The translations under genes and the position numbers were made by a program. Source: Wolbachia endosymbiont of Onchocerca ochengi (lineage in GTDB: Bacteria > Pseudomonadota > Alphaproteobacteria > Rickettsiales > Anaplasmataceae). From it: DNA of 32,000 nt. This document shows positions 21,109-32,000 of this stretch, piece after piece; position 1 is the first letter of the stretch, and each line of letters opens with the position of its first letter. The notes beneath the pieces are model-generated. The model had not been told where the DNA came from. It searched no databases and saw only the letters and a list, made by a program, of their open reading frames with translations. The stretch lies in the NCBI RefSeq assembly GCF_000306885.1, contig NC_018267.1, positions 750,001 through 782,000 of the forward strand, given 5' to 3'.

Positions 21109-22650
21109 CTACACGCAATTAAATTGAGTAATAAAATTACTCACGATACTTAAAATATCGTTTTTTATACCATTATTCATGTTGTTTGACAACTTTTTTA
21201 AAATTTCAGGGTATGCATTATGGAAATAATTGATAAGATCATATTCAAATTTATTGATGTTGTTTATTTGTATCTTACTTAACTGATCATACAAATTAGA
21301 GAAGATATACATCAGTATTAACTGTTCTTCTATTGGCATAGGTGAGTGCTGTTTTTGCTTTAACAGTTCAATAAGATATCTACCCTTGTTTAAGGACGAT
21401 TGAACACTGGCATCAAGGTCAGAACTAAATTTTGCAAAGTCTTCTAATTCTCTATATTGAGCTAAACTTAACTTTATAGAGCCAGCAACTTTTTTCACAG
21501 ACTTTAATTGTGCGGCAGAACCAATCCGCGAAACTGATAAACCTATATTTACTGCAGGACGAAATCCTTTGTGAAATAATTCAGACTCAAGGAAAATCTG
21601 TCCATCAGTAATTGAAATTACATTAGTTGGGACATACGCAGATACATCACCGGCTTGAGTTTCAATAATTGGCAAAGCAGTTAAAGACCCTTGTCCTTTT
21701 CCATCAGACATCTTAGCAGCTCTCTCAAGCAAACGAGAATGTACATAGAATATATCTCCAGGATAAGCTTCGCGGCCAGGAGGACGTCTTAGCAGTAAGG
21801 ACATTTGCCTATATGCTACAGCATGTTTAGACAAATCATCGTACACGACTAAGCAATGCATTCCATTATTACGAAAAAATTCTCCAATAGTGCAACCAGC
21901 ATAAGGTGCTAAAAATTGCATAGGTGCACATTCAGATGCACTAGCAACAACTACAGTTGTATACTTTAATGCTCCACTTTCTTTTAGCTTATTTACCACT
22001 TTTGCTACTACTGAAATTTTTTGCCCGATAGCAACATAAACACAGTAAACTTTTTGATCTTCATTTACTTCATCATTAATCTTCCTCTGATTTATGATAG
22101 TATCAAGTGCAATAGTAGTTTTTCCGGTTTGCCTATCACCAATAATTAACTCACGCTGTCCTCTGCCTATCGGAATTAATAAATCTATAATCTTAATTCC
22201 AGTCTGTAGAGGTTCATGTACAGATTTGCGGTCAATAATGCCTGGCGCCTTAGATTCTATGTCCATTCTACTCTTGGCTCTAATTTCTCCACCTTTGTCT
22301 ATAGGATAGCCCAGTGCGTTTACAACCCTTCCAAGGGATTCGTGTCCTACAGGTATCTGTACAACGTCACCACTGCATCTTACAATATCTCCTTCTTTTA
22401 CATCACGGTCATTACCAAGCACCACTATTCCAGCTATATCATGGTCTAAATCAAGAACTATTCCTTCTACACCACTTGCAAAAAATACCTTTTCACCGAA
22501 CTTTGCTTCTTCAAGCCCATAAACTAGTGCAATACCATCAGTTACTGAAGTTACTTCACCTATATTTTCTCGTTTTATAGGGTTATCAAATGCCTCAATT
22601 TTTTTCCGTATTATGTTTACTACCTCAGAAGCATTTATACTATTTTTCAT
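21109..22650 (-). CDS. atpA: F0F1 ATP synthase subunit alpha
   Basis: [103 protein letters not shown]. Confidence 0.99.
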   Translation of the reverse strand: MKNSINASEVVNIIRKKIEAFDNPIKRENIGEVTSVTDGIALVYGLEEAKFGEKVFFASGVEGIVLDLDHDIAGIVVLGNDRDVKEGDIVRCSGDVVQIPVGHESLGRVVNALGYPIDKGGEIRAKSRMDIESKAPGIIDRKSVHEPLQTGIKIIDLLIPIGRGQRELIIGDRQTGKTTIALDTIINQRKINDEVNEDQKVYCVYVAIGQKISVVAKVVNKLKESGALKYTTVVVASASECAPMQFLAPYAGCTIGEFFRNNGMHCLVVYDDLSKHAVAYRQMSLLLRRPPGREAYPGDIFYVHSRLLERAAKMSDGKGQGSLTALPIIETQAGDVSAYVPTNVISITDGQIFLESELFHKGFRPAVNIGLSVSRIGSAAQLKSVKKVAGSIKLSLAQYRELEDFAKFSSDLDASVQSSLNKGRYLIELLKQKQHSPMPIEEQLILMYIFSNLYDQLSKIQINNINKFEYDLINYFHNAYPEILKKLSNNMNNGIKNDILSIVSNFITQFNCV

Positions 22651-23206
22651 TACAGTTTCCTATTTTTAATATTTCCATTTTGCTCAAACTAACCAGTCTA
22701 TCTAAGTAACTTTTCAGCGAAGCATCGATTAAATTAAAACCGTACTTTACTATAAAACCACCTAGTATGGAAGGGTCAACCACATTATCTACTTTTACTA
22801 TCTTACCAAGAAAGCTTAAAGATTCAGTAATTATTTTTATATCGGTTTTCTTTAAAGCCTTTGCTGATTTTATAGTAACTTCTAATTCATTTTCATTTTC
22901 TCTTATAAGATTCAAAAATTTTTCTAATATAAGGAGTAATAAACTAGAGCGCCTGTTTGCAAATGTCACCATAATAAATTTCACCAAGTTTCTACTCAAA
23001 TCTTCATTTATACAAAATATTACTTCTTTCTTATGTGAGAGAGAGATCATAGGACTGGACAGATACATAAAAACGTCACGTTGATTTTTTAAAAAAGTCA
23101 ATAGAAACTTTACTTCTTTTCTTATAGTACTTGACTTACTTTTTGAGACGTAAAACAGCGCCTTAGCATAAGATAAAATTAAATTATTGTATTGGGTCCT
23201 TTTCAC
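22640..23206 (-). CDS. atpH: F0F1 ATP synthase subunit delta
   Basis: [14 protein letters not shown] at the N-terminus, C-terminal [32 protein letters not shown], and position directly upstream of atpA with an 11-bp overlap. Confidence 0.93.
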   Translation of the reverse strand: MKRTQYNNLILSYAKALFYVSKSKSSTIRKEVKFLLTFLKNQRDVFMYLSSPMISLSHKKEVIFCINEDLSRNLVKFIMVTFANRRSSLLLLILEKFLNLIRENENELEVTIKSAKALKKTDIKIITESLSFLGKIVKVDNVVDPSILGGFIVKYGFNLIDASLKSYLDRLVSLSKMEILKIGNCNEK

Positions 23207-24394
23207 ATTAAATTACCTAATATATAGAGTTAAACATCTTTAAGCCTAACCAATAAGGGTCTAGCCTAGAAAGGCTTAGATCTCAGAGAGTATAGCAACT
23301 AAAACTCATAATTATTGACAAAATTCATTACAAAACAGCTGTTAACTGTGAAAGAAAAACGTGTCAGAAAATGAGAACTAGTAGTTAAAGTAATTATAAT
23401 AGATTTCTTAGAGAAAGGAAATACTTTCTATTTATCTTTGCCTTTTATTAGGCAGGAAGTATGTTATCTAAACAGCTGGTATATAGCTGTACAAGCATTT
23501 TGATTTAAATCTATTCTAAGAGAATATTATTCAAGCAACTTAAATAGCGGACACTATGATCTAAAAACATCTTGATGGTTTTACTTTCTCTTTAAATTTA
23601 AGGCTAACTTTTCCATCAATACCTGCTTATCCCTTTTCTCTTTGCTTTAAATTTTTGAATAAAGAACATAGATCAGGAGAGAAGGTTATACAGAAATATA
23701 TATTTAATACTTATGAAAAATACGCTCCTTCTTTGTAAGGGTTATCTTTATGTCCTATCTCCATAATAATTACTTGCGTTCTGATTGATTTACTTTGTAA
23801 ACTATACAAATATAGTTACTTATTTAGCCTTTTGCATTTTTTTACTCTATAATATATAGGAGCGAGTTCACCAAACTTCTCTATCAAAATAAGGCGCGTT
23901 CTTTTATGGCTTTTAAAACTCTTAACTTTATTTTTCTTAGGAGAGTAAGTAAATTCCTTTTGGTAAAATTCCTTTAAAAAATTAATCTTATTCTGCTCTA
24001 ATCCTGCTTAACACAACTTTAAACATCACGCTCATCAGAAATTTTAGATACCAAAAAACTCTTTATTTCAAGCTAACTACTTCTTTGAATAGCTCTTTTC
24101 TACTTGTTCTTGAATTATGCTACTTCATAAAGCTAGATAATTCAGTAGGATACTTTGAAGTTTTTCTATCAAGAACTATATTGATTCCTGAATCTATAAA
24201 AGTTTTACTGACGTTCACTATTATAGCTATAGTATAACATTTCTTAAATTTTTGATAAAGTAGTTCATATGTTGCTAACACTTAATTAAGAAGAATTCTT
24301 GCTTATTTAAAGAAAGAATTTCAATTGTACTCGAATTGACTTAACTTATAATAAATGACAAAAAATTGCATGCTATATAACAATCGCAAAGGAA

Positions 24395-25093
24395 ATGGAT
24401 AAATCACAATTAATTAAGGAGGTATTTGATTCCGTAGCAGGTCACTACGACATCATGAATGATATAATGAGCTTTGGGATACATAGGCTATGGAAGAACA
24501 AGATGATAAATATTACGCATTTTACAAAAGACTCTAAGGTTTTGGACATTGCTGGAGGAACCGGCGATATAGCAATAAGAATAGCAAGGAGAGAACCAAG
24601 CATTCAAGTTACAGTATGCGATATAAATCAAAACATGCTAAGCAGGGGAATTGATAAAGCTATAAATTCAAACCAACTTAATTTCAATTGGGTGTGCGCA
24701 AATGCAGAAAATTTGCCATTTGAAGACTCTACATTTGATTATTGTACAATAGCTTTCGGTATTCGAAACGTTTCTGATCGCAAAAAGGCTTTAAGTGAGG
24801 CGTATAGAGTATTGAAACTAAATGGGAAATTCATCTGCTTAGAGTTTGCTCCTATGCATTACCAAAATGAGGTATTTACTAAATTCTATAACTTATATTC
24901 ATTTAAAGTAATTCCCAAAATCGGCAGCATAGTTGCTAAAGATAAAAACTCTTATAAATATTTAGTAAGAAGCATCAGAGAGTTTCCAACTCAGGCTGAG
25001 TTTCAAATGGAAATTGAAGAGATAGGCTTTCATAATGTTGAATTTCATGATATGAGCTATGGAATAGTAACATTACATATTGGAACAAAATGA
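24395..25093 (+). CDS. ubiE: Bifunctional demethylmenaquinone/2-methoxy-6-polyprenylbenzoquinol methyltransferase
   Basis: [89 protein letters not shown]. Confidence 0.97.
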   Translation: MDKSQLIKEVFDSVAGHYDIMNDIMSFGIHRLWKNKMINITHFTKDSKVLDIAGGTGDIAIRIARREPSIQVTVCDINQNMLSRGIDKAINSNQLNFNWVCANAENLPFEDSTFDYCTIAFGIRNVSDRKKALSEAYRVLKLNGKFICLEFAPMHYQNEVFTKFYNLYSFKVIPKIGSIVAKDKNSYKYLVRSIREFPTQAEFQMEIEEIGFHNVEFHDMSYGIVTLHIGTK

Positions 25094-26694
25094 ACATCAA
25101 ACCCTAGTATAGAGTACTAAACATTATTTCGTTATTTTAGTAAGTTTCTTCTTCACTCAACAAGTTTTACAATTACACAGCGTCTTTTTTCTTTGTCACA
25201 AGAATTATTTTATATAATATTATATTACTTATGTAATTCTATTGTTGATTACTTTAGTAACATTAGTAACATTCTCTTTTATCAATATAAAAAATATACT
25301 TAATCTTTTATTTATAAGTAAGTTAATATTTTTTATTTTAATGGTGGCTGCAATAATACTTAGCATGGGAAAAAAGGTGCAAACGATCGATTTTCGCATT
25401 ATTACTTTTGCAGCCTAATTTAGTATATCCATGCTTTCAACGTATTCTTTTATTGGTCAAATGTTCATAGTGAATACCGCTTCTGTACTTTCCGTGTATA
25501 GCAGAAATAGTTATGCTGGAATCACGACAGTTACTTGTTCTTTACACATAAACAAAAAATTTGCAATTTTCTTTTTTTTGTGCAGCACGACACTTTTCAA
25601 GTCATGAGATTATTAAAAATATTCAAAGTAGGTTAACTAATTGGAGATGTACTAAATAAAAAAGTAGCACAAAAACCTTTAGTGTTGTTTAGTACCATTA
25701 CCGCTCTTTTGCTTTATGTTTTACGTATATAGAGTAAATTATTTAACTTATTGGCGATTTTTGATATTTCAATTCAATTTATTACACAATTTATAAATAA
25801 ACATAGGAGTGACGTTGAGCATTTCTCACACTATCGGTATAACTCTATCATTGCTTAGTTATGCGGTTCCTCTCCTTTATCTTCTAGTATTGCCATTGAC
25901 ATAATATTGCCTTTTAAATTCAAATTAGAAACTATTAGTTGAGTAACAGTTAGTAACTCAATTGCTTAGGTGATATAAAAATGAGTAGTTAACCAAAAAG
26001 ATCACAGAGACATTAGATTATTCCTTCTTGGAGTTGCTTTACCTCAACTTTAGGGAATCTTTAGTTATTTGAGAAATAGCTTCACTAGGAGTACTAGTTG
26101 AATAGATTTTTTGCACTTCGATTTTTTTCTTTTTTATCTTTATCTCCTTCTTTTTTAGTAGCATCATCAAGTTCTTGAGCAAGAGTAAATTCTATTTTCA
26201 TCATAAATCCGCTTCACTTTGTGTTCGTAGGCAATAAATTCTTTTTTGACTAATTGAGTCTATTTGCTCTTTACATGATCTTTTAATCATTAAACAACTT
26301 CTTAATGATCTTTCCTCCTAATTTTTCTTTACTTGTTTCGTTAGCGTACCCAAGAAAATACATCCACTTCTCAGCTGTATTTGAGAGTTGATTTTTCTTC
26401 GTTTTCAAAAATTTTGGTAATTATAAATACAAAATAAAAATCCTTCTAATCATGTTCATTGATATTCTTTTATCTTGGATAGTATGTCTTGATTTGTACT
26501 CAGATTTATCAGGAAATAGCATGCCTATTCTGTACAAATATTCAACCTTCTTTATATTTGAGTCCTCTATGAAGCACTATAAACTAACTTATCACCATTT
26601 TAGTAAGGTTGTTCTGATCTCGCAAACTATATCTTTTTCCTCTTTTTCCTGAAACTAAAATCCATATACTTAATTTTAGAAACTTTGAAATAAA

Positions 26695-28401
26695 ATGCGA
26701 TCCGGTATTAGGCAATTATTTTACTATATAAAACCTAATCTACATTATTTTATTATAGCTTTTATTGCAGTTCTATCTTCCTCTTTAATGATTCTCCTTT
26801 TTGGTAGAGGTTTGAGTAGCATAATTGACTCTAGTGCAGGGCATAATTTTACTATTAAATTAGTAGTGACTATATTTATAGTTTTAGCCATCTCTCTTGC
26901 TGCATTTGTTAAACTGTATTTTATGGGAATTGGTAGTGAGAAAGTTATTGCGAGAATCAGATATGACTTATATAGCAATATTACTGATTTACAACCAAGT
27001 TTTTTTGAGAATACTGGCGTACAAGATGTTATCTCAGCGTTAATTACTGATACCTCTGTGCTACAATCAATAATAAATAGCAGCTTACTCACCATATTGC
27101 GAAATTTTGTAATACTGATTGGCAGTATTACCATGTTATTATATACAAATCTACACTTAACCACGTATACAGCCGCAATAGTACCAATATTATTGATCAT
27201 TATGACATCACTTGGAAAAAAGGTGCGCAGTTATGCACGTTTTGCTCAGAGTAAACTGAGTGAACTTGCATCATTTAGTGAGGAAAATTTCAGATCTATA
27301 GCAACTATTAAATCATTCGTGTTGGAAGGAAATGAGAAAGCACGTTTTAAGGAGTACCTAAACTCAGTATCGAAATCATACGTAAGGTTAGTGCTCTTAC
27401 GTGCTATTTTAGTAACTTTGATTATCTCATGTGTAATAGGTTCGTTAGTTGTTTTGCTCTTTTTTGGTATCAAGGAGGTCTTAAGCAGTAATATGACTAT
27501 TGGAGAGCTTTCCTCATTTGTGTTCTATTCAGCGCTTGCAGCAGGAGCTGTAAATAATTTGAGTGATAATATCAGTGATTTACAACGAGGTCTTGGGGTG
27601 ATAGAGCGTTTACTTGAACTTAAAGATATGAAAAGCTCTATAGTGGATGCTAGCAACCCTATAAAAATTCATAGTGTTCAAAAAGAAATTGCATTTAATG
27701 ATGTAACGTTTTTTTATGAATCTCAGCTTGATAGACCAGCATTAAACAATGTGTCCTTTTCTATAAAGGTAGGTCAATCTGTCTCAATTGTTGGACCATC
27801 TGGTAGTGGTAAAAGTACTATTTTAAAACTTCTGCTTCGCTTTCATGATCCAAACAAAGGCAGCATTACCATTGATGGGCACAACATTAAGTTAATCGCA
27901 TTAAGTAACCTTAGATTGTTATTTGGTTTAGTACCACAAGATCATACGATATTTTCCTGCTCAATAATGGAAAATATACTATACGGTAAACCAGGTGCTA
28001 AGTATGAGGAAGTGAGACAAGCAGCTATCAGTGCTTATGCGATGGAGTTTATTGATAAGTTACCTAATAAATTCGATACATTTGTAGGGAAAAGAGGATT
28101 AAAGCTCTCTGAAGGGCAAAAACAACGTATTATAATAGCAAGAGCTATACTCAAAAATCCTCAGATTTTAATATTGGATGAAGCAACTTCCGCTCTTGAC
28201 TATAAAAGTGAGAACCTTGTGCAAAAAGCACTGAATGAATTAATGCAAAACAGAACAACGATTATGATTACACACAGACTGTCATCTATACTCAAAACCG
28301 ATAAGATCGTAGTAATTAATCATGGAGAAATAGAAGAAGTAGGAACTCACGATTCCCTTATAAATAAGAATGGACTGTATGCAAAATTAGCGAAAATATA
28401 G
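26695..28401 (+). CDS. ABC exporter, permease-ATPase fusion (MsbA-like)
   Basis: Six-helix transmembrane domain, Walker A GPSGSGKST, Q-loop LVPQDH, signature LSEGQKQRIIIARA, Walker B ILILDEATSALD, H-loop IMITHR. Confidence 0.93.
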   Translation: MRSGIRQLFYYIKPNLHYFIIAFIAVLSSSLMILLFGRGLSSIIDSSAGHNFTIKLVVTIFIVLAISLAAFVKLYFMGIGSEKVIARIRYDLYSNITDLQPSFFENTGVQDVISALITDTSVLQSIINSSLLTILRNFVILIGSITMLLYTNLHLTTYTAAIVPILLIIMTSLGKKVRSYARFAQSKLSELASFSEENFRSIATIKSFVLEGNEKARFKEYLNSVSKSYVRLVLLRAILVTLIISCVIGSLVVLLFFGIKEVLSSNMTIGELSSFVFYSALAAGAVNNLSDNISDLQRGLGVIERLLELKDMKSSIVDASNPIKIHSVQKEIAFNDVTFFYESQLDRPALNNVSFSIKVGQSVSIVGPSGSGKSTILKLLLRFHDPNKGSITIDGHNIKLIALSNLRLLFGLVPQDHTIFSCSIMENILYGKPGAKYEEVRQAAISAYAMEFIDKLPNKFDTFVGKRGLKLSEGQKQRIIIARAILKNPQILILDEATSALDYKSENLVQKALNELMQNRTTIMITHRLSSILKTDKIVVINHGEIEEVGTHDSLINKNGLYAKLAKI

Positions 28402-30199
28402 CGGATATAGTTTACTGAAATATAATATAAATTTAAAAAATTTAAATCATACTGTTACAAGTCAGATTGACACCCTAAATTTAGGGTTAAATTATTTAAT
28501 TCTTAAATATTTTAACTTACAATAAACCAACATTCCTTTTTAAGGATTACTATGATTTACGCTCATGTTTTTTACCATGCCAACAATATGTAATTGCCTA
28601 TTATCAGCACTAATTTTATCAATGTACACTTTTTATATGTCTACATATATACCTTATGTTGTTAATTTGTATTATAGTCACTTTAACTCATGTTATTACC
28701 TGCTTAACGTAAATCAAAATCATCGTAATGCACTAGCTCTATTTATTAGAAAATTATTTAAAATAATTTATATATGTACATAGTATTGCTTTAAGCGTAG
28801 CCTTATGTCTTTCTGAGAGCATATGGGCATTATTTAAACAATACTACGCACTTTACACTTTGCTTAATAAAGAAAGTTCATAAGCAAATAGCTTACTACT
28901 TATTACCTACATAGCAGTTTTATACTATCAATAACACAACTAATTTAACTATATCTATAGCTCTCTTTTGAAATTTTATCATCTTTTGATCGTAGTAAAA
29001 CCTCTGAACTCTAATAATTTTGTGTAATAGCTGCTTACCCATACACAGCATAATAAATCTGCCAGCCATAGAAGTAAGTTTGTTAAGCATAATTATTTTA
29101 ATTGCATTACTATTGAAGTTGTATTTTAAAATGCATTATAGATTCAGGATTCAAGATATGCTAATTTTAATCTCTATATTATAAAATAACTGATCAATTT
29201 TACCTTATAATAATCTAATAGTTATTTTAAAAAGGATCTTTATAGCTTGTTATTCTCAATTTCATAACTACACAATGTCTATTTTCATAATATAGATGAA
29301 CCTTATTTCTCAGATTGTAAACCCGTGATACATATCTGATAAATTTGATAACAGGATCTATTAAAATAAGACCTTCATAACTGAATAAAAATTTTCCTAT
29401 AGGCAATGATTACTGTATTTCTAAGTTTCTCGAGCGTCGCTATATTTCATCTTTTAAGTATTATTACAATTTATGTTCTAATAATGTAGCATATTGTCAT
29501 ATTCATAAATCTAGTACATAGTGATGCTGAAATATACTAGCATATTGGACTGGAAGTTAAAAAAACAGACCTAGAGCAACAGAAATTGCAGAAACTAAAA
29601 TAGTACAAGATCATGCAGAGGCTGTTTCTACTGCTGGAATAGTTCAAAGATAATAGAACTTTATAAGCTAATTTATAGCGAAGGTGATGAAAAATATAAA
29701 AGATGTGTAGATGATCGAGAGTAGTGATTTAATATATTAAATATAATATAACATACATCACGTGCCTGTGTCGTTGGCTTATAATCTTGATAGCTTATTT
29801 GATTGTGTGACTTTTCTTTCCTTTTTTACTATACTATTAATCTGAAATAATGTCAAGTTTTATATTTTTGTAGTGGGCTGGGAAAGTAAAATGCAACTCC
29901 TGTATATGAATATCCATGTTACAGTGGTTACTACAACTGCATGTTATTATACCTATGATTCTAGAAATACAGTAGTTAATGCTTTATGGTTGGAAAGGTA
30001 GGTTACTTATAGTAAAAATTAGAGGTCATATAAAACTCTTTGATTTATATAAGCCTGTACTAATATATATGACCAAGGTTACGATGTTTTTAATTGTTAT
30101 TATAGGTACAAAAGGCTGTTTAAACTCAATAAACTTGTGTAAAAGAGAGGGTAAAGAGGGTTAACTTTATAACCTACAGGATTTATAACTTTTTGATTG

Positions 30200-31906
30200 A
30201 TGAACATTTTTAAACGAATTTCCTCGCTAATTCTTAGTAAATTAGATGAGTTAAAGCAAAGGAGCGTCATAAATGCTAATGTAGAAAATTTTATCTTAGA
30301 ACCTCCAAGTAATAAAGCACATGGGGATGTTTATACAAATATTGCTATGGTGCTCGCAAGGCATGAAAGAAAAAATTCCGTTGAGATTGCAGAGATGTTA
30401 GCAGAAGAATTTAAGCTTTTTGATGAAATCGCAAAAATAGAAGTAGCTGGCCCTGGCTTCATTAACATGCACTTTAAAATAGAAGTATGGCACAAGCTTC
30501 TCAAGCAAATAAATGAACTTAAAACAGAGTTTGGTACTCTAAACATTGGGAATAACCAGGCCGTTAATGTTGAATTTGTATCTGCAAATCCAACTGGTCC
30601 ATTACATATTGGTCATGCAAGAGGAGCAGTATTCGGTGACGTTTTAGCAAATTTGTTAAAAAAAGTTGGTTATCAAGCCACTAAGGAGTATTATATTAAT
30701 GATGCTGGAACACAGATAGATACACTAATTCGGTCAGTATATTTGCGATATAAGGAAGCTCTTGGAGAAAAGATTAGTATTGAAAAAGGTTTATATCCAG
30801 GCGAATATTTAAAAAAAATAGGAAAAGAGCTAGCCAAAAAATATGGTAAAGGTCTTCTAGAAAAGCAAGATTATCAAATAATTAGAGATTATGCTTTAAG
30901 TTCTATCTTAGAACTCATAAAAGAAGATATGCACTTACTTGGAGTAAATCATGATATTTTTACTTCAGAATATGAGTTGCAAAAAAGTGGCAAAATTGAG
31001 GAGAGCATAAAGATATTGTCTAACAAAGGTTTAATATATGAAGGATATCTAGGAAAACCAAAGGGTAAAGAAAGTGAAAATTGGACCTCTAGAAAGGAGA
31101 TGTTGTTTTGCTCAACAAAATTTGGTGATGATGTTGATCGTGCACTTAAAAAAGAAGACGGTAGCTGGACTTATTTTGCATCAGACGTAGCCTATCATTT
31201 TGATAAGATATCACGCGGCTTTAACAATATAATAGTAGAACTTGGTAGTGATCATAGTGGTTATATCAAAAGGCTTAAAGCAGTTGTTTCTGCGCTCAGT
31301 GATAATAAAGCGAAGATAGAAGTAAAACTGCATAATATTGTGAATTTCTTCGAAAACGGAAAACCTGTTAAGATGTCTAAAAGGTCAGGAAATTTTCTGA
31401 CAGTAAAAGATGTAGTTGAGAAAGTTGGTAGAGATATTACCCGTTTTATGATGTTAACACAAAGAAATGACGTGGTTCTCGATTTTGATTTTGCTAAAGT
31501 GAAGGAACAGTCAAAAGGCAATCCTATTTTTTATGTGCAATATGCATATGCCCGTGCTCATTCGTTGATGCGTAACGCTCCAAAAGGACTTCCAAATGCA
31601 GATACTTCACTTTTAAAGACCGATGGAGAACTATTACTTATAAAAATCTTAGCAAAGTGGCCAAGTGTGGTAGAAATAGCGGCAAGGCTTTATGAGCCAC
31701 ACAGAATTACTTTTTACTTACTTGAAGTTGCAGAAGCATTCCATACTTTATGGGGATATGGTAAAAACGACTTGAGCATGCGGTTTATACTAAAAGATAA
31801 TTTAGATCTTACTGCTGCAAGGATATTCCTTGTCCGGGCCTTAGCACATATCATTGCTTCTGGGCTTTCTGTTTTTAACATAGAGCCATTAGAAGAGATG
31901 AAATAA
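30200..31906 (+). CDS. argS: Arginyl-tRNA synthetase
   Basis: HIGH motif [61 protein letters not shown]. The track start 30197 is TTG; ATG is at 30200. Confidence 0.97.
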   Translation: MNIFKRISSLILSKLDELKQRSVINANVENFILEPPSNKAHGDVYTNIAMVLARHERKNSVEIAEMLAEEFKLFDEIAKIEVAGPGFINMHFKIEVWHKLLKQINELKTEFGTLNIGNNQAVNVEFVSANPTGPLHIGHARGAVFGDVLANLLKKVGYQATKEYYINDAGTQIDTLIRSVYLRYKEALGEKISIEKGLYPGEYLKKIGKELAKKYGKGLLEKQDYQIIRDYALSSILELIKEDMHLLGVNHDIFTSEYELQKSGKIEESIKILSNKGLIYEGYLGKPKGKESENWTSRKEMLFCSTKFGDDVDRALKKEDGSWTYFASDVAYHFDKISRGFNNIIVELGSDHSGYIKRLKAVVSALSDNKAKIEVKLHNIVNFFENGKPVKMSKRSGNFLTVKDVVEKVGRDITRFMMLTQRNDVVLDFDFAKVKEQSKGNPIFYVQYAYARAHSLMRNAPKGLPNADTSLLKTDGELLLIKILAKWPSVVEIAARLYEPHRITFYLLEVAEAFHTLWGYGKNDLSMRFILKDNLDLTAARIFLVRALAHIIASGLSVFNIEPLEEMK

Positions 31907-32000
31907 GTAAAAAGATATGGAAATAAGAGAAACTCCAATCTTCCTGTACATTAAGTTACAGTAGCATGACCCTTTTCTTTCCTGCTGTTGATAATTATTT

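Noticed and set aside
22094-22580. Plus-strand ORFs of 71, 77 and 88 aa
   Set aside because: Antisense shadows of the conserved atpA gene.
28565-28783. Plus-strand 72-aa ORF rich in Y/C/F
   Set aside because: Looks like random AT-rich translation; no hydrophobic-helix or motif pattern supporting a gene.
29979-30164. Plus-strand 61-aa ORF upstream of argS
   Set aside because: No recognisable family; could be a leader or remnant but unsupported from sequence alone.
31261-31938. Minus-strand ORFs of 86 and 74 aa over argS, and similar ones over ssb, dapA, hemB, tsaD and greA
   Set aside because: Overlap confidently identified genes; low complexity and no homology cues.
1-32000. CRISPR arrays, transposase/IS ends, phage modules, toxin-antitoxin or defence cassettes
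   Set aside because: I saw no regularly spaced direct repeats, DDE or tyrosine recombinase motifs, phage structural genes or paired small toxin/antitoxin ORFs.

Overview
AT-rich, gene-sparse window. Its gene content looks like an Anaplasmataceae genome, most likely a Wolbachia-type endosymbiont. This is my inference from protein character and architecture; no search was run. By my rough sum only about 58% of the window is intact coding sequence. Supported genes: acnA (5' part only, minus, absent from the ORF track), iscS, hemB, dapA, ssb, tRNA-Arg(CCG), a type I secretion ABC ATPase/permease and its HlyD-family adaptor flanking tsaD, fabG, a VirB2/TrbC-like pilin, an M48 peptidase with TPR-like C-terminus, a broken ribB, greA, atpA, atpH, ubiE, an MsbA-like ABC exporter and argS. 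I found no convincing CRISPR array, transposon, prophage or novel defence system. The best leads are: (1) ribB carries both an in-frame stop and a frameshift, which bears on riboflavin provisioning; (2) a VirB2-like pilin sits outside any virB cluster; (3) a type I secretion pair has no visible substrate; (4) a ~4 kb coding desert at 7.8-11.85 kb holds several frame-broken coding remnants.
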